A DNA stretch of 64,000 bases from a virus. The DNA is taken from positions 1 through 64,000 of the IMG/VR virus record IMGVR_UViG_3300031521_000030; one strand, 5' to 3'. The position numbers were made by a program, and so were the translations under genes. Below are positions 42,056 to 51,607 of this stretch, one piece after another. Numbering within the stretch: the first letter of the stretch is position 1; every line of letters starts with the position of its first letter. The notes under the pieces are model-generated. The model was not told where the DNA came from. It was given only the letters and a program-made list of their open reading frames with translations, and did not search any database.

Positions 42056-42523
42056 ATGATCTTTACCCCCGAGCAATCAGCGGCAGCCCTCAACGCCTCC
42101 GTCGCCCGGCAAGAGGCGGGGAATTTTGAGGTTTACACGCACCTCTTCGATATGGGGAGCCATGAAGTAACATGGGACATCCATGGCATCAAGCACACCA
42201 TGGCCCGCCGGGCGGCCCTGCACCCCGAGCGCATGGTTGACCTTCCCCCGGCTGCGGTTGCCATGTTTTACGGCATGCGGACGGAATGGGATGACGGCGA
42301 CCACCTCTACGCCATGGGCGTGGACCTTGCCAATCCAATCATCATCATCGACCACCCCAGCAATGGCCGCCGGTTTGCCGAGCCCGGCTTCCCCCCGTTC
42401 CTCATCATTGATGGTTGGCACCGCATTATCCGGGCCTTTGGGGAGGGGAAAGGGTTGCGGGGTTTCATTTTAACAGAGGAGGAAGAAAGGTTGCATAGGC
42501 GGCAGGATGTCATCATGGTATAG
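42056..42523 (+). CDS. ParB N-terminal-like domain protein
   Basis: PIIII...IIDGWHR. Confidence 0.65.
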   Translation: MIFTPEQSAAALNASVARQEAGNFEVYTHLFDMGSHEVTWDIHGIKHTMARRAALHPERMVDLPPAAVAMFYGMRTEWDDGDHLYAMGVDLANPIIIIDHPSNGRRFAEPGFPPFLIIDGWHRIIRAFGEGKGLRGFILTEEEERLHRRQDVIMV

Positions 42524-42545
42524 GCCAAACGAATTTTGCATAGGG

Positions 42546-42578
42546 AGGGCACTTGGGGAAACCTGAGTGTCCTTTTTT
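42546..42578 (+). terminator. Rho-independent terminator
   Basis: AGGGCACTTGG / CCTGAGTGTCCT stem followed by a T run. Confidence 0.75.
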
Positions 42579-42579
42579 G

Positions 42580-42608
42580 TTGCCAATTATACGGTTAAGC
42601 ATTAACGT
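42580..42608 (+). promoter_or_regulatory. Conserved phage promoter
   Basis: TTGCCA-17-TAACGT, directly after a terminator. Confidence 0.8.
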
Positions 42609-43067
42609 GGCCTTCTATGCGAACCATCTATAAACTGCGGGGGGCCTTTTAACATGGACGGATACGATGAGGAGGAGCAATCCATCACCATGGCCAGTGT
42701 CCTGCTCGATATGGCACGGAGGGGGTTGCCTTGCCAATCCATGGTCCTCACGCCAAACGTGGAAACCGGGCGGGAGATGTTTACCACCATCTTCCTGCTT
42801 GGCCCTGATGCGTTGAAGCGGGCGGGGGCCTTCCTCCCCTTGTTCATGCACTACCAACAACCCCCCGGCAAATTCATGCTGCAACTCGCGGCAAGCGACC
42901 CCATCATATTCATCTGCGAGTGGATGAGGGAAACCCGCCACCCGTGGTCCAAGGTTGTAACCATCTTTGGGGGCACGCCGTTCATCCACCTGTCCTTCTA
43001 TGGGGAGTCCATTGCCAAGGAAGCCCTTGGTATCTTCGCAAACATTGTGGAGCTTTGATGAAATCCC

Positions 43068-43096
43068 TTGCCAATTAGTCGGTTAAACCCTATCCA
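43068..43096 (+). promoter_or_regulatory. Conserved phage promoter
   Basis: TTGCCAATTAGTCGGTTAA. Confidence 0.7.
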
Positions 43097-43106
43097 TTCG
43101 TAATGC

Positions 43107-43120
43107 TGCAACAAGTTGCA
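43107..43120. repeat. 14-bp palindrome, site 16
   Basis: Just downstream of a promoter. Confidence 0.9.
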
Positions 43121-43399
43121 GTAAACTAAAAACCAAAGGCCAACAACCATGACCGCCACAATCCAAGACATCACAGACCACCTTGAAAACAAAGTGGAGA
43201 CACTAACCCCAAACGACACCGTTGTGCTTACCGCGTTGCGGAAGTTTGAGCCGGACCATTTGGCGTGCATCCGGGAGTTGCCGGGCGGCAAGCTGGAAAT
43301 CCTCACCATGCCGCCAACCAAACAAAATATCAGGCAAGCGGACTTGTGGGCTATGGCTTTCGGGTCTGTGCTGGGTATGCCCTATACGCCCCAACCCCT

Positions 43400-43738
43400 A
43401 TGAGTGAACTTCCCGCCGTAACCGTTGTGGCGCGGACAAGGAGCCGGGTTGAGCCAACCCCCGTCCCCGTCGTTGCCGTCCCAACCGTTGCCGTCCGCGT
43501 CCGAACCCGACCGGCACCCCCGGTGGTTGCCCGCATTACCAACAAGCCCCGCAAACTTGGGGACCCCCGCAAGCCATTGTGGGAGATTTGGGGAAGGCCC
43601 CCCGGCAAGACCGGCCCGGTTATGTATTGCGCGGAATACCATGCCGACACCGAAGCCGGGGTTAGGGCGCTGTGGGTCAACAACTTTGTCGATCAAGATT
43701 ATGAAATTCTATCCCTCTGCCTTGCCAAATCCAAATGA
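43400..43738 (+). CDS. Hypothetical protein with two RxRxR tags
   Basis: VVARTRSRV and VAVRVRTRP. Confidence 0.7.
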   Translation: MSELPAVTVVARTRSRVEPTPVPVVAVPTVAVRVRTRPAPPVVARITNKPRKLGDPRKPLWEIWGRPPGKTGPVMYCAEYHADTEAGVRALWVNNFVDQDYEILSLCLAKSK

Positions 43739-44275
43739 GCCAACCTATGCCCTTTGATGCCCAAAAAGCCGTCCTTGATATGGCGGAAGCAATCTTCGAG
43801 GCATCCTACCCCGAAATCCCAAAGCACAAGGGATGCGTCTTTTGGGCGTCCGCCATGGCCCAATCACTCACAACCTTTGGCGTGCAAGCCCGACTTTGCG
43901 CGGGGTCCGCCCAATGGTTGTTCCGGCCCCTGCCACCGGGCGATGGCCCCAATGCCTTCTCCTACGTGTTTGATACGAAGGAGGCATTCGCCCAACTTGA
44001 GCGGGGGATGCTCCCCGAGATGCACGCATGGGTTATCCTTGGGACCGAGCATAGGGACTCGTCGAAGGTCACCATCGTTGATGCAAGCAGCAAATACCAA
44101 CCGCAACAAGCCAAGGAGATGTGCGGTTACGATTGGCACCCGGACTACATGCCACCGGCTTGGCTTTGGATGACTTTGCCGGAGATGGCCAAACAAGAGC
44201 AGGTCCTCTATATGCCGGACATGACTGCCACAACTATGGTCCGAGGCTTCCTTCAATCCTACCACCTCAGAAAAT

Positions 44276-45289
44276 ATGGCAAGTCTCCCAGCATTTATTG
44301 AATTGACCCGGACGGTCCTCTATAACCGCCAACCCGGCCACGATAAGGTTTATGTCGTTGCCCTGATGGCAAGCACGGTTATCCACCAAGGGGAGCCCCG
44401 AGCCTTCACGGTGCAATGCTCCAACGGTCGCCGGAGCGTCTATGATGCGGGCAACGAGTTGACGGGGGCCAAAATCCAAGCGTTCCCCGTTGGGTGGGCC
44501 GGGGGCCAAGGGGCCTTCCGGGAGGCGGTGGGATTCTTCGATAGGACGATCAATGACAAGGTTCTGACAAAGCAATACACAGCCCGCCCCGATGGCCTAA
44601 CCCCAATGATGCCCCTCGCATGCGATGCGGGCTTGTGGCGGTTTGTAGCTTTGGACGACCCCCTCTATGGTGCCACCCTATTCAATGCGGTCTGCCTCAA
44701 GATCATTGCAACCGTCCGGCAGATGAACACGGAGCGCATTGCCGCCCAAACCGCCCTTGATGATCCCATGAACGAGGCGGGGCTTGTGACCGGCAACGAA
44801 AACCATGACGTAAATTGCTCATGCGCCCAATGCCGACTCATCCATCAGTTCTCCCATTGGGACAAGGATGATAGGAAGGTGCTGCCAACCTCACCCCATA
44901 ACGTCCCCAACCGGGAGCAACTGGCCGAAATCCAACGGGCCACCCGCCTTGCTGAAATCCTCAAAGAAGCGGCAGAGCCCTTGCTAAACAAGCCGGGCAT
45001 GTCACGTGCCCGCCTGTTGCAGTTGACCCAAGAGGTCCGGGACATGGTTGAGCGCCCCACCCGCCTACGCAACTTCCTCCTCCCCTTGCAATTGTTTGTG
45101 GAGGACCGGGGCTTGGAAGCAAGCATCCCCTTGCTGCGGGTTTTCGATGAGGCCCTGACCAAATATATGTCGGGGAACTCCGATTGGGCGGTCATGCCCG
45201 AGGCGGTCATGCGGGCCGAGGCTATGGAGATCATCCGGGTCCATAGGAACCCGGCCATGTTCCCCCGCAAAAGGATGATTGAGATGTGA
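44276..45289 (+). CDS. Protein with WGR-like N-terminal domain
   Basis: HDKVYVVAL...TVQCSNGRR...KVLTKQY. Confidence 0.5.
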   Translation: MASLPAFIELTRTVLYNRQPGHDKVYVVALMASTVIHQGEPRAFTVQCSNGRRSVYDAGNELTGAKIQAFPVGWAGGQGAFREAVGFFDRTINDKVLTKQYTARPDGLTPMMPLACDAGLWRFVALDDPLYGATLFNAVCLKIIATVRQMNTERIAAQTALDDPMNEAGLVTGNENHDVNCSCAQCRLIHQFSHWDKDDRKVLPTSPHNVPNREQLAEIQRATRLAEILKEAAEPLLNKPGMSRARLLQLTQEVRDMVERPTRLRNFLLPLQLFVEDRGLEASIPLLRVFDEALTKYMSGNSDWAVMPEAVMRAEAMEIIRVHRNPAMFPRKRMIEM

Positions 45290-45361
45290 GGGTTTCCCCA
45301 ATGAGTCGGTTAAAGAAAAGCCGGTTGTAGGGGAAAAACGGGTGATGGGGTAAGAAACTCC

Positions 45362-45390
45362 TTGCCAATTAGTCGGTTAAACCATAAAGC
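45362..45390 (+). promoter_or_regulatory. Conserved phage promoter
   Basis: TTGCCAATTAGTCGGTTAA; partial copy near 45298. Confidence 0.7.
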
Positions 45391-46842
45391 ATCAGGTAGT
45401 TACAAACTTATGCCATACCGAATCCTCCACCTCTCAACCGGCACAAAGCTCCCCGTAGAGCCCACCGAGTTGGGGGCGCAATCCGCCGCTACGGCGTTCC
45501 TGCAAAAGCAACTCGAAAGTTCCCTCCGGGGCCGGGCTCTACTTTCCAACCTCAAAAACAAGCGCGTCTCATGGGCCTACGCCAAACGCTTCATCCTTGT
45601 TGAGAGGATCAAAGCGGGGTGGGTCCAAACCCGCAACGGGCGCATCGTCCCGGACATGCGGGACCTCTCCGACGCCGACGACTGCCTCCTATTTGTGGTA
45701 GGGGACAACAACCGCCACCTCGGCACCTATGACACAACCGAGGAAGCATTCATCGACGCCAAGAATTTCAAGTCCTACGACGCCAGCCGCGTTTCCAAGT
45801 TTCTTATCATCCCATGAACCAACCAGCATATATCATCAAAGTTGCCCCCAAGGGGGAAGCCACGCACACCATTGACACCCTCAACCCTCGGGTCCGGGGT
45901 GAACGCAAATGGGAGCCCCAACGCTACCTCAATGTCAACGGGGAGGTGGGCCAAGCCGGGCTGCAATCCTTTGCAATTGTCAACGGGTTGGCAAGCGGGC
46001 GGGACTTTGAACGCAGCCGGGTCCGCATCGCCCCCATCGTTTCCCGCCCGAGGGCCTACTAAATGAGGGCACCAAAACCAACCGCGTGGGAATGGGCCAA
46101 GGAGATCACCGGGGCAATTTGCTTTTTCATCTTCCTTGCCGCCTTCCTGTTTGCGATGTGCGCCCTATGAATCCCGCAACAACCAGCTTCCCCCCGGTGG
46201 GGCTTGATTGTGCCGATTGTGGTCAACCCCAATACCAAACCCCGAGTGGCCCATGCTGCATCAATGGGCACGGCGGGGCCGATGGGATTCCCCATGGACC
46301 CCAAACCCCGAAGGATAATGCCGCCCAACTCAGCGACCTTGAAATGGATGCCATGATTGAGGCCGTCTATTGGCGCTGGCGCTTATGGGGGGCCGCCGAG
46401 GTGCTAGAGGGCAATGCGGAAAGTATCCCCATGCAGTTCACAACCTTGGAGCCTATCATCGAGAAGACCCTTGATGCTTTGCGGCTTGACCTTGGCCCGG
46501 TAGAACGCGCCCGGTTCGTGCATAAGCTCCAAGTCCGAGCCCTCTTTAACTCCCCCGTCTAATGCTCACCCAACGCGACAAGTGGCTTGTCTTTGGCCTT
46601 GGCATCAAAACCCTCAAGGGCGGGATGCGATCCTATGAGGTGACCCAAGACATAGTGCCCGCCCCCACCAAGGAGGAGGCATTGGAGAGAACCTTTGATG
46701 CCCGCAGCAAGGAATACCCGGAGTTCATTCTCCAAGACGCCGAGTTGCTCATTGATACCATGTGGACCCAGCGCAAACTTTATGATGAAAAAGTCGAAGT
46801 AACCGAGCACCGCTTTGCAACCCGAACACAATGCTAACCCGC

Positions 46843-46856
46843 TGCAACTTGTTGCA
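46843..46856. repeat. 14-bp palindrome, site 17
   Basis: Intergenic. Confidence 0.9.
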
Positions 46857-47400
46857 GTAAAAACCAACGCCAACTCATGCAGATATTCATTCCCGACATC
46901 GGAACCCAACTCCAACTCATCCAGTCATGGGCCTTTGTAATCCATCTGGAAAGGCGCAACGCCCCTCTCCTCCTAGCCAGCGGCCTAAGCAAGTTCATCA
47001 CCCTTGGGTCCGTCCCCGGCTACGATGAGGACTCCCGCAAGCAACGCGAGGGACAAATCCAAACCACCGGGGACGGTTGGTATAGCCACCATCCGGTTTC
47101 CTTCCGGGGCCGGTGCATGTCAAAGCAATCCCACGCCCATTATTTCAGTCTCGAAACCACGGCGCTGGAACTCATTGCACTCCCCAAAGGTGCCGTTCTA
47201 ACGGTTGACCGCATTTATATCCGGCGGGGGATGTCGGCATACTCCTCGATTTCCTTCCGCATTGCAAAAGGCACCATGAGCACCATTGCCCATGCAACGG
47301 GAACCGAGCCCTTTGCCTCCAAGAAGGTGGTTCGGTTTTGGGCAAAGCTCGCCGATGTCAATACCATGCAAGCCATTGCGCTTTCAGAATGGGAGGCCAA

Positions 47401-48735
47401 ATGAGCCTCGGCATTAACCCCCTCCAAATAACCCTCGAAGAGATGGGTGTCACAGCCAGCCAATTCACCCACCACACCCCCGCGCATGGGGCCGGGCATG
47501 TCAATCGGGTCATCTATTTGTCCCTCCTCCTCTGCAAGACGATGGGTTGGCCGGAGCTTATGCCCGCTGCATGGGCCGCTGCCTATATCCATGACCTCTC
47601 CCGCCGGGGCGATGGCCCCGACCCGGACCATGGGATGCGGGCGGTTGAGGAGCAAATTATCCGGCACCTCACCCTCTTTCGCAAAGTGGGGGTCCGGCGG
47701 GAGGACTACTTTGACATTAGCGAGGCGGTTTCACTCCATTGCACCAAGGCGGAAGGGGATAACCGGATTCTGCGAATCCTCAAGGATGCCGATGCCCTTG
47801 ACCGCGTGCGCTTCGACGCCCCCGATGCCTTGGACCCTAAGATGCTTCGGCTAGAGCACTCGCCCTACTTTGTGCAGCAAGCCCGCCGGTTGTTCGTGGA
47901 AACCCACACCGAAAATGGGGACCAACAGTTTCCAGCGGTTTGGGATAAGGCGGTGCTTGAGTTCAACCCCCACATCGGGTTGGCCGCCACCATGCCGGAC
48001 GAATGGGATGAAGAGGAAACCCCGGCCAACCGGGCGATGCGGAGGGCGTTGCAAGGCCAATATGGTAGCCGCATCATCCCCCATTTGATGAGCGCACCTC
48101 TTTGGCTTTTGGTTGAGCAATGGTTTGACGCCGTGCCCGGCCTATGCAACCACTTCCCCAAGGTCCCCGAACTTCTCGCGTCCATGCCGGACCCATTGGC
48201 CAACCATGCCTACACCTTCATGCGTGAGGAGAGCTATGTAAAGTTCCTCCAAGATGGGCAATTCCAGTCCCTTTGGGAACTCCGGGCCAACGCATGGCAT
48301 TCCTGCTACAATGACTTCCCCAAGGATGGCCGGGCGTTTACCGAGCGGAGGTTATACGGGGAAAAGGCATTGCATCTCACCTGCGGGGTTTTGCTGGACC
48401 CCAACAATTTGGAAGCAATGTCTGAAAAGTCCACCGCCCTTGCCCGCATGTATGGCACCCGGCGGATTGAGTGGGATGATTCCGTCCTCAAGGGGGCAAC
48501 CTTTACCCTCGGGGATAGCCAGAGCAATGCGTCCGTCATGCCTTACTCCCATAGCAACCTGCAAAAGGTAATGACCCTGCGGTTGGTCATGCAGATGGCC
48601 GTAACCAAGGGCTTGGACTATAAGCGGCTGGAAGGTTGGCACCCCTACCTCATGCCCCTCAACTTTATTGAAACCCAAATCCACGCCCGCCTAACCCCCG
48701 GCGACGTAGCCGATTCCACCCTCCTCCATGGTTAG
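47401..48735 (+). CDS. HD-domain phosphohydrolase fused to a DUF3626-like domain
   Basis: HG..H..RV, IHDL, DH, KDADALDR; C-terminal TFTLGDS and FIETQIH. Confidence 0.7.
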   Translation: MSLGINPLQITLEEMGVTASQFTHHTPAHGAGHVNRVIYLSLLLCKTMGWPELMPAAWAAAYIHDLSRRGDGPDPDHGMRAVEEQIIRHLTLFRKVGVRREDYFDISEAVSLHCTKAEGDNRILRILKDADALDRVRFDAPDALDPKMLRLEHSPYFVQQARRLFVETHTENGDQQFPAVWDKAVLEFNPHIGLAATMPDEWDEEETPANRAMRRALQGQYGSRIIPHLMSAPLWLLVEQWFDAVPGLCNHFPKVPELLASMPDPLANHAYTFMREESYVKFLQDGQFQSLWELRANAWHSCYNDFPKDGRAFTERRLYGEKALHLTCGVLLDPNNLEAMSEKSTALARMYGTRRIEWDDSVLKGATFTLGDSQSNASVMPYSHSNLQKVMTLRLVMQMAVTKGLDYKRLEGWHPYLMPLNFIETQIHARLTPGDVADSTLLHG

Positions 48736-48738
48736 TCC

Positions 48739-48767
48739 TTGCCAATGACAGGGTTAAGGCCCATTCT
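48739..48767 (+). promoter_or_regulatory. Conserved phage promoter
   Basis: TTGCCA-17-CATTCT. Confidence 0.75.
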
Positions 48768-49937
48768 CCAAAAACAACAAAAACCAACCGCCAACATGAA
48801 CGAAACAACCGCAAAACCAAACGCAATCTTCCGGGGCATCAAGCACGCATTTCCCCTCCGGGATGTGACTATCATCAACCAGTTCCCCGAGCACTTCAAT
48901 GTCTATGCCAACATCGTAGGGCAAGAGGGCCGGGGGGCCATTATCCTTGGGTTGGAGGAAGGTGCCCGCCTCCACGCCGAATGGGAAGCCTTCCGGGGTG
49001 CCAATGACCTGCCCCCAATGGTTGACCTTGAAATGGAAACCATGCTCGGGATAGTCATGGCCGAGCGGGACGAGTTCGCCGCCGAGCTTGCCCACGGGCA
49101 CAACTGCCCCGTCTACCAAGAGGGCTCCCCAAGCAATGGGATGTGCTCTTGCACCCCCGCCGGGAAGGAAGAAGCCACCCAAATCCGCCGGGAAGCATAC
49201 GACGCCCTAACCCGCCTCCACCTTTCGGCCCCGGTTGATGTCGCCGCAACCACCAACAACTCAGTCCGGGCCTACCTTGATTTCCTGCAAAGCCAAGTCG
49301 TCGCACAAGTCCGACTCCGCGTTGCCGCCGAGGAAGCCCTCGCAGCTATTAAATCCACCACACCATGAACCCACCCATCGTCCTCAACGCCACAGTTTTT
49401 AACCCAAACACCCCGGAGAAAGTCCGGGACATCATTGCGGGCAACATTGACTCATCTGCCCGCTTCCGGGTTGACTTTGGCGACCCCGCCACCGGATTTG
49501 GCGCGGGGGCAACCCATGGCAATGAGGGTTACTTCGCTCGCATTGGGGACGGTATGCCCGCGCTCCGGGCAACCAAGACGGCGGCCCCTCGGGGCATCAT
49601 GGCCTCCCAAATCTTGGCCATCTGGTCATCCGGGGGCAAGTTGCTGTTCCAAGTTGCGGGCTACCAACCCCGCTATGACTATGAGCGTTCAGTGATCCGC
49701 ACCCGCAACCACAACCATGTTGTCCAAGCGTGGGACATCGTTGAGGGGAAGATGGTCGGCGTAGGAACCTACGCGGATAAAGGGCAAGCAATTCGCTGGC
49801 TTACCCGGATGAAGAAATTCAAATCGGAATAAGGCAGAAACGGGAGCGATGGGGCCAACAATCCATCGCCCCCGCCCTGTGAGCGAGCACGAACGACGCC
49901 AACGTATCGCTCCCCCCCGGCAACCACAAGTTCAAAC

Positions 49938-49951
49938 TGCAACAAGTTGCA
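49938..49951. repeat. 14-bp palindrome, site 18
   Basis: Upstream of thyA. Confidence 0.9.
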
Positions 49952-49972
49952 GCGCAACAACCAAAAGCAAGC

Positions 49973-50776
49973 ATGAAACAATACCACGACCTACTCAAGT
50001 TGGTCCTCGACCAAGGCAAATTCAAGCCCGATAGAACGGGCACCGGAACCTACTCAGTCTTCGGGGCGCAAGCCCGGTTCGACCTAAGCCATGGGTTCCC
50101 CCTCCTAACCACCAAAAAGCTGCACCTCAAATCAATCATCCACGAACTGCTTTGGTTCTTGGCCGGGGAAACCAACGTGCGCTCCCTCCAAAAAGAGGGG
50201 GTCCATATTTGGGACGCATGGGCCGACCCGGATGGTGAGCTTGGTCCCGTCTATGGGAAGCAATGGCGTAGCTGGACCTACGAGGGTGGCAACATTGACC
50301 AAATCGCGGGTGTGATTTCGGAGATCAAGCGCAACCCGGACTCCCGCCGGTTGCTAGTCTCCGCGTGGAACCCGGCAGAGGTGGACGAGATGAAGCTCCC
50401 CCCATGCCACCTCCTCTTCCAATTTTATGTCTGCAACGGGCGTCTATCCTGCCAGCTTTACCAGCGCAGCGCGGACCTCTTCCTTGGCGTGCCTTTCAAC
50501 ATTGCATCGTATGCCTTGTTGACCATGATGATTGCTAAGGTTACCGGCTTGATCCCCGGCGATTTCGTCCACACGTTTGGGGACCTACATCTCTATGCCA
50601 ACCACATGGAACAAGCCAAGGAACAACTCGCCCGCGAGGTGCGACCCTTGCCCCTCATGGCAATCAATTACCCGCTGAGTTGGGCCACCAAATCCATAGA
50701 CGACTTCGTTTATGAGGACTTCACCCTCCTTGGCTATAACCCGCACCCCTCAATCAAAGCCCCCATCGCAATCTGA
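49973..50776 (+). CDS. thyA: Thymidylate synthase
   Basis: [36 protein letters not shown]. Confidence 0.98.
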   Translation: MKQYHDLLKLVLDQGKFKPDRTGTGTYSVFGAQARFDLSHGFPLLTTKKLHLKSIIHELLWFLAGETNVRSLQKEGVHIWDAWADPDGELGPVYGKQWRSWTYEGGNIDQIAGVISEIKRNPDSRRLLVSAWNPAEVDEMKLPPCHLLFQFYVCNGRLSCQLYQRSADLFLGVPFNIASYALLTMMIAKVTGLIPGDFVHTFGDLHLYANHMEQAKEQLAREVRPLPLMAINYPLSWATKSIDDFVYEDFTLLGYNPHPSIKAPIAI

Positions 50777-51304
50777 TTTTATGGCACTCAAATTCAAAGT
50801 AGGCGAAGTGGTAACCAAGCAAGGCGGGGACTATTCCTTTGCCGGGCCGGTGGTTGCCGCCTTCCATAAAGCATCCGGGGCCGACCGTTATGTTGTCGAA
50901 GATGACCGGGGCATCCTCCACATCTTTGGGCCGAGCAACCTTGTGCTTGCCCCCCTCCAACCCACAGGGGAACCGGCCACGGCCCAGCCCCCTATCCTTG
51001 ACATTTACCGGCGGGTTTGGGACCGGCTCTCCGATGCCCAAAGGCAAGGAACCCTGCATGCAATGCGCACATGGTCCCCAAGGGAGTTTGAAGCCCTTGA
51101 CGCCGAGCTTAAAAGCCGGGAAGGTGTCCGCACGGAAAACCCGTTCATGGTAACCAGCATGGTATGGGCGGGCGGCATGCCGCCAACAGTAACCGGCCCC
51201 ATCCACAAGATTGTTTGCCAAGCCGGATGCACGTATAGCAGGGGCATTAACCAACCCGTCCCCCGCCTATGCACCCATTGTGGCAAACCGGAGGGGACAA
51301 AGGC

Positions 51305-51607
51305 ATGAAGCCAACCAAAAAGCCAGTCAAGAAGGCCAACGACAAGCACTACCGTTTTTACTACCGGGGCTTGAGGATTGACCCATACCGCATCATGCGG
51401 ATTTACCGCAACATCCGGGACCCTGAGCATCAGCATGCCGTCAAAAAGTTGCTGCGGGCCGGGGAGTCGGATGCCAAAGGTTTGGAGCAGGACATTGATG
51501 AGGTGATTATGTCCCTCAACTGCTGGAAGAAAAACTTGGCCGAGGATGCCAAGGATGCGGCGCGGGCCGCCCGGTTGGCCAAACCAAAGACCCAAGCAGC
51601 GGCATGA
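51305..51607 (+). CDS. Conserved phage protein (DUF3310-like)
   Basis: IDPYRI...HAVKKLLRAG...QDI. Confidence 0.5.
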   Translation: MKPTKKPVKKANDKHYRFYYRGLRIDPYRIMRIYRNIRDPEHQHAVKKLLRAGESDAKGLEQDIDEVIMSLNCWKKNLAEDAKDAARAARLAKPKTQAAA

